Assembly (NCBI GenBank): GCA_951406725.2
Contig: OX597828.1
Span: 50,840,001-50,904,000 of the forward strand
Direction of reading: 5' to 3'
DNA length: 64,000 nucleotides
From: Octopus vulgaris
Lineage: Eukaryota
Both the position numbers and the translations under genes were made by a program. The notes below the pieces were generated by a model. It saw only the letters and a list, made by a program, of their open reading frames with translations, was not told the DNA's origin and did no database searches. Below, one piece after another: positions 1-13,862 of this stretch. Position 1 is the stretch's first letter; every line of letters begins with the position of its first letter.

Positions 1-105
1 TACTAAGCTTAAAACAGATACAGGCATTAGGGTCGCTATTCATTCAACTAAAAGTTCTTGAAGGCAGTGCCCCATTATGGCCAAAGCTAAATGGCTGAAG
101 CAAGT
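1..105 (+). mobile_element. 3' end of SINE family B (degraded)
   Basis: ggcagtgccccattatggcc...ctgaagcaagt matches the 3' end (ggcggtgctccagcatggccgcagtcaaatgactgaaacaagt) of the full copies at 18668-19050 and 62485-63100. Confidence 0.6.
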
Positions 106-1269
106 TTAAAATTATATATAAAAGATAGATAGACAGAAATACGCTGCAAGAAATTTCATTCGGAGTGAAAGCAAATATTGCTTACATGATATTTACGGAA
201 AACTCAGTGTCTACCTTTAAAAGTATAAAACATTCTTTGAGGAACTATTATTGACTTTAAAGGTTTCCGTACTTTAGTTCGGTTATGCTCTGCTAAATGC
301 TACAACATTTATTCCAACAGAAAGAGAATTCACACTGTTTCTGAAGCGTTAAGACAGCTTCTGAATATAATACTATTAAAGGTGCATAAACGTCAATATT
401 TTCCACTACAACGCCTCACATCTGAACTGTCATATCTCTTAGGGTAAACACTATTGCAAAATGTGCCTACTCTCGTCCATATCGTTTGTGGAAGGCATGA
501 GAGTTTGTGTATTCAATAAGACTTTCTTAAGTTTCCCAGTTCGTGCTTATACATCAAACATCCTTTGAAATGTTAACATGACTAACATTTCACCTGTCAT
601 TGTGATTGTCAATTAATATTAGGTGCCGTTGTTCGAATACTGAAGTTACATTGCATTTTACATCAAACGGCTCTGTTCTCAGATTCACTAAGAAAAAAAA
701 AAAAGAAAAAAGAAAAGCTTAATAACTGCAAGAAATTACAAAATATCAGCATCTTGGAACGTCAAGCTACAAAGTTATTCAACACTTTTCTTTCTTCGCT
801 GCTTTCTTTATTCGATATCTGCAACTGATATCATCAATCACACACACAACGCGTGATTCTATGCTACCTGCAAGTATAATGTAGTTACTTTTCACCAGGT
901 AAATTTGTCTTCCTCTGCTTTCGGAATGCACTGTTATGATTTCCTTAACCGAAAGTAAAGAGAAAATTAATAAAACGTGTAACATAATAAATGACATACC
1001 ACGGATTAGCAATGCTTTGCTTTAGATGCAATGATAGACTTTATTTTTAATTCTTTTTAGCAACTGTTAAATACCAGGTTAGCCAGTTCAAAGACCAGAT
1101 CAGGAAAGGACTTTATAATCTAGCGTCATCGAAGAAAATAAGGAAAAACAAAATTTAAAAACTGTTCAGTTGGTTCATGTGTAAATATGAGAGATTCAGA
1201 TGAAACAGCAAGTATACTCATTAATTATATTTGCTTGTTTTCGGATCAATAAGGAGAAAAAGGAGGTTA

Positions 1270-1990
1270 TGCATTATTTCTTTGAGAACACTCATCGACC
1301 TAGTGTATGCATTCCTTACTGTGTCACTTGAAAGATCTTTGAACGTCTCTTTGATTTTAGCCACCAGTTCGGCCTCGCTGTTACAGCTGTCTTCCTCGGC
1401 TACACCCCACGCATAGCAGCTTATGTGATTACAAACGGTGGGATTTGGAGGCCAGAAACTGGGGTGGGGGTGTGAAGTCGTAGAAATTGTTCGACAACCA
1501 CTTCCGACTCCTTTCGGTGGTATGGCACGGAGCTGAATCCTGGTGCCACACATGTGGCCTTCTAGTGCCAACGCTTTCGAGCCACGGTTTGGCCGTAGTC
1601 TAAAAATAGCCGTCTGAATTCAAACTAAGATCCTGTTTAAAATATGTAGGGATCAACTGCGACGTGCGAACGCAACCACAACTTTCAGTTCGTGCCTTCC
1701 GGTTGGCCACAACTTCGCTGTCTCCGTTCCAATTGTCCATGACTATTCTTACAGGCTTTACAGTATTCACAAAACATTGGGCATCAGTTGTGATGTTGGC
1801 ATTTTGATACAGCAACAAATCATCATGATACAGGTGACTCTTTTCCAATATTCAGATGGCTTCCAGTCCTCCATGTCAGTTAGCTTTATTCTCGAGTATG
1901 ATTTTAATAATTTGACTCTCCAATGCTTTTGGCCCTTCACCAATACGTCAAACTGTTCTTTAAGAATGAGGCATAAAACATCCCGTACAT
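1270..1990 (-). mobile_element. Tc1/mariner-superfamily transposase pseudogene fragment
   Basis: Minus-strand peptides FWPPNPTVCNHISCYAWGVAE...ELVAKIKETF...TVRNAYTR resemble the WPPNSPDLNPLDYxxWG catalytic C-terminus, and an upstream DSAPCHT-like motif is present. Frameshifted. Confidence 0.75.
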
Positions 1991-2010
1991 GTCACCAATC
2001 TATGTGCGAT

Positions 2011-2235
2011 AGCTGGCAGAATAGTTAGCACGCCGGGCGAAATGCGTAGCCGTATTTCGTCTGCAGTTACGTTCTGAGTTCAAATTCCGCCGAGGTCGAC
2101 TTTGCCTTTCATCCTTTCGGGGTCGATTGAATAAGTACCAGTTACGCACTGGGGTCGATGTAATCGACTTAATCCCTTTGTCTGTCATTGTTTGTCCCCT
2201 CTATGTTTAGCCCCTTGTGGGCAATAAAGAATTAA
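2011..2235 (+). mobile_element. tRNA-derived SINE family A (tail type A1) with 14-bp TSD
   Basis: A-box-like agctggcagaatagttag, B-box gagttcaaattcc, central ctttcatcctttcggggtcgat. TSD AATCTATGTGCGAT at 1997-2010 and 2236-2249. Confidence 0.92.
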
Positions 2236-2273
2236 AATCTATGTGCGATCGTAGATTATATCTCACGCTTAGC

Positions 2274-2276
<3 letters not shown>

Positions 2277-2314
<38 letters not shown>

Positions 2315-2345
2315 ACACACACAAACACACACACACACACAAACA
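2277..2345. repeat. (CA)n microsatellite
   Basis: Seen directly. Confidence 0.95.
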
Positions 2346-2369
2346 TACATATTCGTCTTTTAGTGAATG

Positions 2370-2540
2370 AGGGAGGTTAATATTGGTACCCCGTTTAATC
2401 TCCTTTCAGTTCAAAATACAACATACTTTGGTATGAGTATTTCAGCAACTGTTATGTCAGCGGTCAGATGCGTTTCTGTCGGTACCATGCATATTGTTTG
2501 ATTACACGCAATTAAGTCTCTGAGGTAGGGGTTTTTGTGT
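2370..2540 (-). mobile_element. LINE (CR1/L2-like) apurinic endonuclease fragment
   Basis: Minus strand translates LRDLIACNQTICMVPTETHLTADITVAEILIPKYVVF*TER, matching the TETHL...AEI.IP.Y..FRxDR pattern of LINE APE domains. Contains an in-frame stop. Confidence 0.65.
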
Positions 2541-2703
2541 TGATGGGATGTTACAAGACCTCCGGCATTCAGCACTTGTGTTGGTGTTGCTTATGGAGTA
2601 TATTCTATTTTTTTCTTCTTGTAAAACCCATTGTAGAAAAAGCATATGAAAATGCGTATGAAAATGCTACTGTCATGTGAAAATACCTGGATGACGATAT
2701 TAT

Positions 2704-2916
2704 TCTTTTCTATTCTAGGCACGCGGCCCGAAATTTGGGAGGAGGAGGTCAGTCGATTAGATCGGCCCCAGTACACAACTGGTATTTAATTTATCGACCC
2801 CGAAAGGATGAAAGGCAAAATCGACCTCGGCAGAATTTGAACACAACGTAAAAAACAGATGAAATACCGCTAAGCATTTCGCCCGGCCTGCTAATGTTTC
2901 TGCCGGCTCGCAGCCG
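2704..2916 (-). mobile_element. SINE family A (tail type A2)
   Basis: Reverse complement of the family A head and core, with the alternative 3' tail (ccaaatttcgggccgcgtgcctagaatagaaaag). Imperfect flanking repeat tggat(g/t)acgatattat. Confidence 0.85.
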
Positions 2917-3614
2917 TGGATTACGATATTATCGACAGTGAGCTGATTTGAAGAATGATCACACTGGACATGTTGATATTTTACTGTTTATTTTAAAGGA
3001 AAATCATGAAAAAACCTAATAACCAAGTATAATTTCATTTTCTCGCTGGAGCATTAATCGTCACTCGGCTAAGGATTTTAACACTTGCGCTATTTGTGTG
3101 AGATTCTAATTCCCTATCATAAGAACGATACACGATTTTGACATGTTATTATGCATCGTTATTTTCATAGCATAAGGCAACGCTTAGCGGAATCATTAGA
3201 GCGTCAGAAAATTCCTTCTTATAATTTCTTCTTTCTCTCGATGTCAATCTCTGCGTTTCCGTTTTCCTCTGCGCTCGATCAAATAAAGCATCAACCAATG
3301 TTTTGGTACCTAAATTTTAAACCATAATCCTCATATTATGCTACCAATTATAACAAATCGACATTTATGGCCTGAGTCCAATTTGCTCTCCCGAATTATA
3401 TGCAATTTATTTTAGTTAACCCAGCGTTCACTCGTTTTATCTTTTTTGTATTTAATCACCATTCAAATGAAGTAACAGCTGTAGCATACGATTTATGATT
3501 TATCATTGCGTTTCCTTTCATGGGCGGAAAAGAGCGATGCTATTAACCGACGTGAATTATTTCAATCTATCTAATAACAAGATTGTTACGAGTCATATGA
3601 TGGTTAACACCACT

Positions 3615-4396
3615 ATGTGTGTATGTATGTATGTATGTATGTATGTATGTATGTATGTATGTATGTATGTATGTATGTATGTATGTATGTATGTATGAAT
3701 GTATGTATGTATGTATGCAGGCATGTATGTATGTATGTATGAATGTATGTATGTATGTATGTATGTATGTATGTGTGAATGTATGTATGTATGTTTGTAT
3801 GTATGTATGTATGTATGTATGTATGTATGTATGTATGTATGTATGTATGTATGTATGTATGTATGTATGTATGTATGCAGGCATGTATGTATGTATGTAT
3901 GTATGTATGTATGTATGTATGTATGTATGTATGTATGTGTGAATGTATGTATGTATGTTTGTATGTATGTATGTATGTATGTATGTATGTATGTATGTAT
4001 GTATGCATGTATGTATGTATGTATGTATGAATGTATGTATGTATGTATGTATGTGTGAATGTATGTATGTATGTATGTATGTGTGAATGTATGTATGTAT
4101 GTTTGTATGTATGTATGTATGTATGTATGTATGTATGTATGTATGCAGGCATGTATGTATGTATGTATGAATGTATGTATGTATGTATGTATGTATGTAT
4201 GTATGTATGTATGTATGTATGTATGTATGAATGTATGTATGTATGTATGTATGTGTGAATGTATGTATGTATGTTTGTATGTATGTATGTATGTTTGCAT
4301 GTATGTATGTATGTATGTATGTTTGTATGTATGTATGTATGTATGCACGTATGTATGTATGTATGTTTGTATGTATGTATGCTTGTATGTATGCAC

Positions 4397-4427
<31 letters not shown>

Positions 4428-4458
4428 TGTATGTATGTGTGCGTGTGTATGTATGTGT
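3615..4458. repeat. ~840-bp (ATGT)n tetranucleotide array with recurring variant units
   Basis: Seen directly; it explains all MYVC/HTYI ORFs here. Confidence 0.97.
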
Positions 4459-4461
4459 GAC

Positions 4462-5760
4462 TACAAAATTGTACCTGATTCAAGTATAAATGAATACAAC
4501 CGCAAAAATAGAGATCTCGTCTGTAATCTTGCACTAGAGGACAGGACCGAACCTACTACACTCCATCCCCTCCATATCAGCTTCAAGGATCACAGCGAAA
4601 GCTTGGCAGCGAACTCCTCCGTCCGCCCCATATGCCATTCCAGCTCCGAAATTGGTAAGATTAGAAAAATTATACTCGATCGAATAATACCCCAAATTTA
4701 CACCACATCTTCACTATAACTCTCGCCCAAAACCAATGAAGCTAACCAATAGTTAAACTCTCTATGCTCTAAGCACTCTTTTAAATTTATACAAGACAAT
4801 ATTGATGAATACTACCCCAGCATTTCTTCTTTCCTACTTAACAAGACCCTAATATTCGCCAAGGAACATTCCAATCTATCTCGCGACGATATTAATATTA
4901 TATCAGCAGCCCGCCGAAATATATCTTTCGATGGGAAATCATGGGCCCCGCAAAGATACACCCATTTTTTTCGACATCCCTATGGGAGTTAGTGACTCCA
5001 TCCAAGCTACTGATGTCATTGGATTCTATCTAATTAACGGTCTCCAACATCTCCACCCGTGAACTCACAAATACTTACGCCTACATACATCTCCACCACT
5101 TTATACGTTCCTTTTGTTGTACTAATTCATGCCTTTCGGCCATAGAAACCCTTCTTCCCTCTAGTTTATCTTCTCTTCAATTGCCAATCCCACTATTACA
5201 TTCTGTGATTAAGCTAAATTACTATATTACCCATTATCTGCCACGACTATTATCTACTACTGACTTGCCCAATTCTTCATTCCTCTCACTCCCTTCAAGT
5301 TTATTTCGATTTATTTACTTATTTTTTCATCTCTCTTCTTTCTTCCCTTCTAATACTTATTTCTCTTATCATTTATACACACATCACATGCCGTACCCTC
5401 CACAAATTCTGATTGAATACTCCTTCTGTGAACATAAACCTCCCCGCGGCAATGTAGCCTTGGGCTGAGCTTCCACTCGCTATGAAACATATGTAGTCCG
5501 GATTTTTCCTACTCCATTCCGTAAATCCTGTATTCTTTTTTACACACTCGGCAACCCTGGTCGCCTGCTCATGGTTCTACAATAAAGAAAAATATCCGCA
5601 ACATTCCGTCTCAGTAAACCACTATTGTTCCTGAAAGTTGTTTTTCTTTATATATTTGCTACGGATTACTCGACGCTGATGAAAAGTTTTTATTTTTTTC
5701 ATTTCGTTCCAGTCGGATTTTATCCCTAATTTTCTGGTTATAGAACCTAGCTGTTCTTTC
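4462..5760 (+). mobile_element. Penelope-like element (PLE): decayed reverse transcriptase fragment plus 3' region
   Basis: Peptides ISFKDH...VRPICHSSSEIGKIRKIILDRI, FIQDNIDEYYPSIS..LLNKTLIFAK and FDIPMGVSDSIQATDVIGFYL follow the PLE RT pattern (TLKDHK..CRLINP.KSEIG.ISK.ILD; FDI.EFYPSI; FDV.MGS.DGAE...LVG). A degraded hammerhead-like motif lies at 5462-5499. Confidence 0.8.
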
Positions 5761-5816
5761 TAGCGTGTTGAATCTCACGAGTGGCTTCCTTATGTGTTTG
5801 AATGTACACTGTATTT

Positions 5817-5960
<144 letters not shown>

Positions 5961-6137
5961 CATAAGTATATATAAAAGATACGAGGAGTTTCCGTCAGTA
6001 TGACGACTATGTATGAGCTTTCATTATATAACTAAATTAATTATCCTTGTTAGATCACGCAGAAGCGTTTGCCTTTTCATTTCTGTTCTAATCGCTCTCT
6101 CCTTTTCTTCTTCCCTCCCTCTCTTTCTCTCAATCAT

Positions 6138-6168
<31 letters not shown>

Positions 6169-6609
6169 ATATTATATATATTTGCATGTGGTGTGTGTGT
6201 GTTTGTGTGCATACTTGAGCTTTACTCTTCACATGACGGTAAACTATGGAAGAGTGTGCCTTTGATACCATGGGTAATATCAGGGAATTCGACATACAAC
6301 ATACACAGAATAATAATTTAACATTTATCAAAATTTCTTCGTGCTTATGCAAAATGATAAAATGAATACTAATTTTCAAAAGAATATCAATTATCTTAAA
6401 ATTAATGTGTGTGTGTGTGTGTGTGAGTCTATTTGCAATTGTGTATATCGGTGTGAATGTTCTGTATGCGTATATGGATTTGTGTATGGCTATAGATGTT
6501 TGTATATTAGTGCATATCCATATTTACACCCCAGCACACTCACACCTACGTTTCTGAGTGCCTTCCATTTATTTCCATCTGAAGTACTACGAACATATTT
6601 CCCTTTTTT

Positions 6610-6842
6610 AACACTTTTACTTTTTTATTTGTTTCGGTTATTTGACTGCGGCCATGCTGGAGCACCGCCTTTAGTCGAAACAAATCGACCCCAGGACTTA
6701 GTCTTCGAAAGCCTAGTACTTATTTTATCGACCCCTTTTGCCGAACCGCTAACTTTCGGGGACGTAAACACACCATAATCGGTTGTCAAACGATGGTGGG
6801 GATGGACAAACAAAGAGACACACACATACAAACACACATATA

Positions 6843-6894
<52 letters not shown>

Positions 6895-6953
6895 CGGTGC
6901 CCCAGCATGGCCACAGCTCATTAGCTGAAACTGGAAAATCAAAATAAAAAAAA

Positions 6954-6998
<45 letters not shown>

Positions 6999-7050
6999 GA
7001 AGGGCTTTTTCAGTTTCGGTCTACCATATCCACTCACGAGGCTTTGGTCT
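6610..7050 (-). mobile_element. SINE family B, 5'-truncated, with expanded internal (TA)n and a short opposite-strand 3'-end fragment (6891-6955)
   Basis: Matches the reverse complement of 18780-19050. Confidence 0.85.
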
Positions 7051-7515
7051 TTTCACAAAACATTATTTCATTTATGATTATTCGTCCTTAAATTACTTTG
7101 TTTTATACAGGCGAATATAAGATTGTTCATCTTCCTTATATCACTTTCATTTTCATTGTTTTTCAAATAACTTTTCATATACGATATGCTTTAATTTCTT
7201 CGATATGATTACAATTGACTGTCTCCCTTTAAGTGTCATATCCCTAACATTTGGTTCTCTCCTCTCTACCTATAACCTGTTAGCTCTAAACTCTGTCTCT
7301 CCTCTACCTATCATATTTTCTCCAAGCCACATTCCCTCTAACACCTCTAATTTATTCTCCCTTCTTTCCTGTCCCTATGCATCTTTCATTCTCAGTGCGT
7401 GTACCGTTTTTTTCTTCTTATTTGGCCTCTAAAAAGCCAAAGATGTGTTTACACATTGCGCTTCTTAAATTAACTCTTTATTTCTGTTTTTCTTTATTTC
7501 TTTGTTTGTGTGCAA

Positions 7516-7625
<110 letters not shown>

Positions 7626-8522
7626 ATTTCTCTCCTCTCTCTATGATGGAAACGTGACTGGAGAAATCAAATAATCAAATATTCAAAATATATATCGTTT
7701 ATGATATTTCGTAAAGTTTGTTTCTCTTGTTGCATTTTCTTGTTTGCTCCAGATGAAGGGTTCATCAGAGTGGTCAAAACATTAGTTTTTTTTTCTGCTC
7801 GCAAGGATAAGTTTATAAATCATATGATACAGCAGTTACTTCATTGTTGACTAAGTAGAAAAAGACGAGACGAAACAAAACTCGGTAAGCTAAAAAAAAA
7901 AGTATGACACTTGAGTACATCGTCTAGTAGACTTGTGAACTGATAAATATATGAATACCATGGTTTGAAATCTAGTAATGAAAATGTTTATTTTGAGGAG
8001 ACAGTCTTGTTGATATTCTGGAATACAGCACTCGAGAGCTGCTTTATTGAATCCGGAGGAAAACGGGAAAATTTCTACCGACTGCAATAGAGCGTAAAAT
8101 ATCAAAATCCGGAAGAAATATATCAAGGAATCTTTGACGGTCTAAAGATTCTGCCAACCCACTGCACTGCTCTGAAATTACAAGAGTACTTTATTTCATA
8201 TTTGCAGAATCAGGCAATGTCAAAGTTGCGTAATAAGGAAATGGAATCTTCTGCTACTAGGGTTATTTCATTTCAATACTAATGAAAATTTACAGTAAAC
8301 TATTTGAAAGCGAACTGACGACGAAATTATAAATTATTACACTTTGGCAAACTACTACAATAATGAAGATTAATAGAATTATAATGAAAAGGTCATGGGA
8401 ATTATTATCGCGATATACGCTGTACATTTATCAAATATTCTAGCATAATTTAAAAGTGTGATCTAGCTAAGTTTACTGTAAGTTGTGAATCAATTCTAAT
8501 GAATCTTAATTCTAATTTCGAA

Positions 8523-9610
<1,088 letters not shown>

Positions 9611-9640
9611 TCGGTGACACGTATCTATCTATCTATCTAT

Positions 9641-9967
<327 letters not shown>

Positions 9968-11188
9968 GTCTAATCTATCAATCTATCTATATATCTCTCT
10001 ATATATGTAAAGTTGTGTGTATGCATATATCTATGTATTAATGCATGTGTTTCTGAGTGTATGTGCTTTGCGTATGTATACTACATATACATGTGCACTC
10101 TAACACACACATAAATACATATATGAATGAATATGTATATACACATAGATGCATACATACATTTATATATGCATTCTTAGAAACATACGCATATATATAT
10201 ATATGTTTTTAATATATGTGTATTTATGTGGAATGAAACAAGTGTGGAACACTTACACCTGAGTCTCAAGTTCTTGAACAACAATTCAAAACTGGGTGTA
10301 TCTGTCGACTTTTGCAAGTTTAAGTTTACTGCATGCTTAATACGTGAGTAAACATCGTTTTGCGCTTTGACATAAACTGTTTTTTTATTGTAGATGTTAG
10401 CAACATACAACATGAGTTTCATTGGGAGATGAAAATCATTTGTAAAATGTTAACGTAAATAATGAGAGTTATTGGTTAAAAGAAAGACCTGTGCTCTGAA
10501 AAATGTCAATAAATTTAAAATAAGCGGGAAAATATATTTAACACTAACCCCAAATGAAACACAAAATATTACACTAGCCCAGAATGGACATAGCATCTAT
10601 TAGATCAGAATTACTTCATAACTGAGCTGATATTACAACAATATGAAATGGCTTAATATTAAATAATAAACAGCCATCCATCATAGTTAGTGTATATAAC
10701 GATGACTTATCTTGAGCATAAAATGCTACAATTGCATTTGTTGGCTGCTACATTGCTTAACCGTAGTTGAAGTCTGACAGTTGCAGTTCTATATTGCTGC
10801 AAGCACGGTGCTACAAGTATATTTACATGTCTCAAAATCTGTTCATTGAATTTACATTGTTTAAAATTTCTTAAAATTCTCCGCAAATCTTCTCAGTACA
10901 TGTACAATTGTTAAGAGGAGCTGTTCTCTGTATTTATAAATTCGTTAAAGCTTTATGGCTTTATGCTCGGTATAAGTTAATACATTAATATTAAGTAGGT
11001 TTGCAACTCGCCAAAGATGTTCATATTGTTCTTGCTCCTAATATCCTTATTATTAACACCGCTTTCCGTTTGCAATTGTTGTGGGTTTTACTGTTTCTAT
11101 TAACGGCTGCTTTAGCGCACAATAATCTACCAACCTCAAAAACTAAAGATAATTTTACGTTCTTATGCTTTTTAAAAACCGTTTTTAG

Positions 11189-11432
11189 TGGTGGTGCGTG
11201 CCTTGGTGGTTAAGGGGTTTGGATAATGACCGTAAGTTTCAATTCCTAGATCGAGCGACGCGTTATGTTCTTCAGCAAAACATTTCGTTTCACGTTGCTC
11301 CAGTCCTTTCGGCTAGGAGAAATGAGTAATTCTGCGACTAAGGTGCGTTCTGTCCTGGTGGGGAGAATATACTTTATAGAAACCGGGAAACCGTCCCTAA
11401 GAGTGTATAAAACTCGGGAAAGAACTTTACAT
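11189..11432 (+). mobile_element. tRNA-derived SINE family C/D (degraded)
   Basis: ggtggttaag head, gcaaaacatttcgtttcacgttgctccagtcc core shared with 48284 and 59587, and a gggaaaccg(g/t)ccct tail shared with 43094-43394. Confidence 0.65.
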
Positions 11433-11779
11433 TTTAGAACTGTTTTTGAATCGAAAACGAAGAGTGGGGTAGGGGTGGGAGTGGATATTTGCTTCGATAT
11501 ATATTTTATGTGCGATATTATAATTAACAGTGGTTCTCCTGGATCAGAGATGCGAGGGACAAGAGGGTGTCTAAGTCTCTTTGCGACTACATAGACACCT
11601 AAAACAACTAGCAGTATTATGGTCATATTTGTTTGCGAGTGGCGGCTAAAGTTTTGATGGACATAGAAGTCCCTTTAATGAATTTAATCTGGGTGCCACA
11701 AAGAAATCCTTATTCATATTTGTATGGAATGTGTTAGAATTGTTGAATAGATAATGTTAAGTTGCAATATGATTAAGAA

Positions 11780-11981
11780 AATTATGCTGATGTTGATGAC
11801 GATGGCGTTGGTGATAGTGCTATTAATTATGATGATGATGATGAGGAGGAGGACGACGATGATGATGATGATGATGACGATGATTAAGATTGGATTTATG
11901 AAAATAATGATAATGAACATTATGATTACGGTGACGACGTGGGTATCAACGATGATGAGGCTAATGATGATAAAGAAGTAG

Positions 11982-12025
<44 letters not shown>

Positions 12026-12135
12026 GGCACACAGAGCTGCGCTCGGTAGTGAAGTGAAAGCACGCTATAAAAATAAAAATAAAACTACTGAATAATAATA
12101 ATAATAATAATGATGGTGATGATGATGATGATATC
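11780..12135. repeat. (ATG)n/(ATA)n trinucleotide region containing a short probable LINE 3'-end insert (12024-12091)
   Basis: The repeats are seen directly; the insert is flanked by (TAA)n on both sides. Confidence 0.8.
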
Positions 12136-12468
12136 GTTGGTGTTCTGCCTGAACCCTAGGTCAGCTCCGCTGTAGTCGACCTGTAGTCATAAACGTTCAA
12201 GCAATGACAGTCTTGTTGCTCTCTCGGTCAAAGTGTATTTAAGACTACATTATTGAACGTGTCTCTATTTTCTTAAAATGACAAGGTGGAATTTAAGGGA
12301 GATTTAGGTACCAATTTTTACTAGGTTAAGTCTTCATTGTCTATCTGCACTCGTTGATCATTTGTTGGGTTTTCCCCTATTTTTATTTTATCATAGTCTT
12401 GTCGACAAAAAAGCTCTTGCTTTTGCTGTTGTTGTTGATATTGTTATACTTTCTGCTGAAATAATTCT

Positions 12469-12886
12469 TATTTCTTTATTACCCACAAGGGGCTACACAC
12501 ACAGGGGACAAATGAGGACAGACAGACGGATTAAGTCGATTACATAGACTCACGTGCGTAACTGGTACTTATTTAATCGACCCTGAAAGGATGAAAGGCA
12601 AAGTCGACCTCGGCGGAATTTAAACTCAGAACGTAGCGGCAGACGAAATACCCATTTCTTTACTACCCACAAGGGGCTAAACACAGAGAGGACAAACAAG
12701 GACAGACAAACGGATTAAGTCGATTATATCGACCCCAGTGCATAACTGGTACTTATTTAATCGACCCAGAAAGGATGAAAGGCACAGTCGACCTCGGCGG
12801 AATTTGAACTCAGAACGTAGTGGCACACGAAATACCGCAAAGCTTTTGGCCCGGCGTGCTAACGTTTCTGCCAACTCGCCGCCTTG
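12469..12886 (-). mobile_element. SINE family A head-to-tail dimer
   Basis: One full unit followed by a second unit lacking the A-box head. Junction (minus strand) gtaaagaaatgggtatttcgtctgcc. Confidence 0.92.
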
Positions 12887-13807
12887 TTTTGCAATTATTA
12901 CCTTCTGTCAATAAATTTCTGCTGAAATAATTCTATCAACAAGTATTCCTCACCAAATGTTTGGTGGTCATTTTCGCAATAGTTCACAAAAATTTGTCTT
13001 CTTTCACCTACGTCCCAAATATACACATAAATCATTACCATAGCACGTCAAAATACGATTTCGCAAATCTCTACCAAAGACTCTCATTCAGGAAGCTAAT
13101 ATCTATATCTATTTTATTAAACATTATCATTCTCCAAACTGCTTTCTTACGACGGCAGAAGATGATTTGCAGGAATTTGTCTGCTACGAAACAGACAGAG
13201 TGACCGCACTTATTAGATTATTACTATTGATGTTGTTTTTCTTGTTTCCTTTCCCTTTTTGTTGTATCGACCGATGTTGATATGAATACTAATGTTGTTA
13301 TTGTTGTTGTCGTTGCTGTTGCTGTTGTTTTGCGATTATTTCCTTCTGTCAATAAATATTCGCCAAAAATATTTTCAACGTATACAACTTTCATGAATAC
13401 TTTGATAACAGTTCACAAACAAAGAATATTCTTGGCGTCTTTCTCTTAGATCACTACTACACATATAAATCTATTTATCATTATCTACCAGATACGGCTT
13501 CATACACCCGTCTGTGAGGTCTTCTTCGGAATTTTTTTCCCTATATATTTTATTAACTATCATTCTCAGAAAAAGTCATTTCGGAAGATACTCATATAAA
13601 ATTCTATCCACTTATTAAATTCTTTCCTCTTTCCCAAATTAATGTTGAATTCTATACTTGCCTATGTATGCCTACATACATACATAAATACATTCATGTA
13701 TACATATATACACATTTACATACACCTTCCACCCACACATATGTACATGTGTGTGCTTATATGTACATATGTAAATATATATATATATATATATATACAT
13801 ACATATA

Positions 13808-13862
<55 letters not shown>

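Noticed and set aside
779-1012. 77-aa minus-strand ORF with a possible acceptor near 868
   Set aside because: No recognisable domain and no supported partner exon.
12450-12934. 19-bp repeat TTTCTGCTGAAATAATTCT around the SINE dimer as a TSD
   Set aside because: The right copy is about 30 bp from the SINE end, so it is not a clean TSD. It may relate to an old local duplication (12890-13135 versus 13330-13570).
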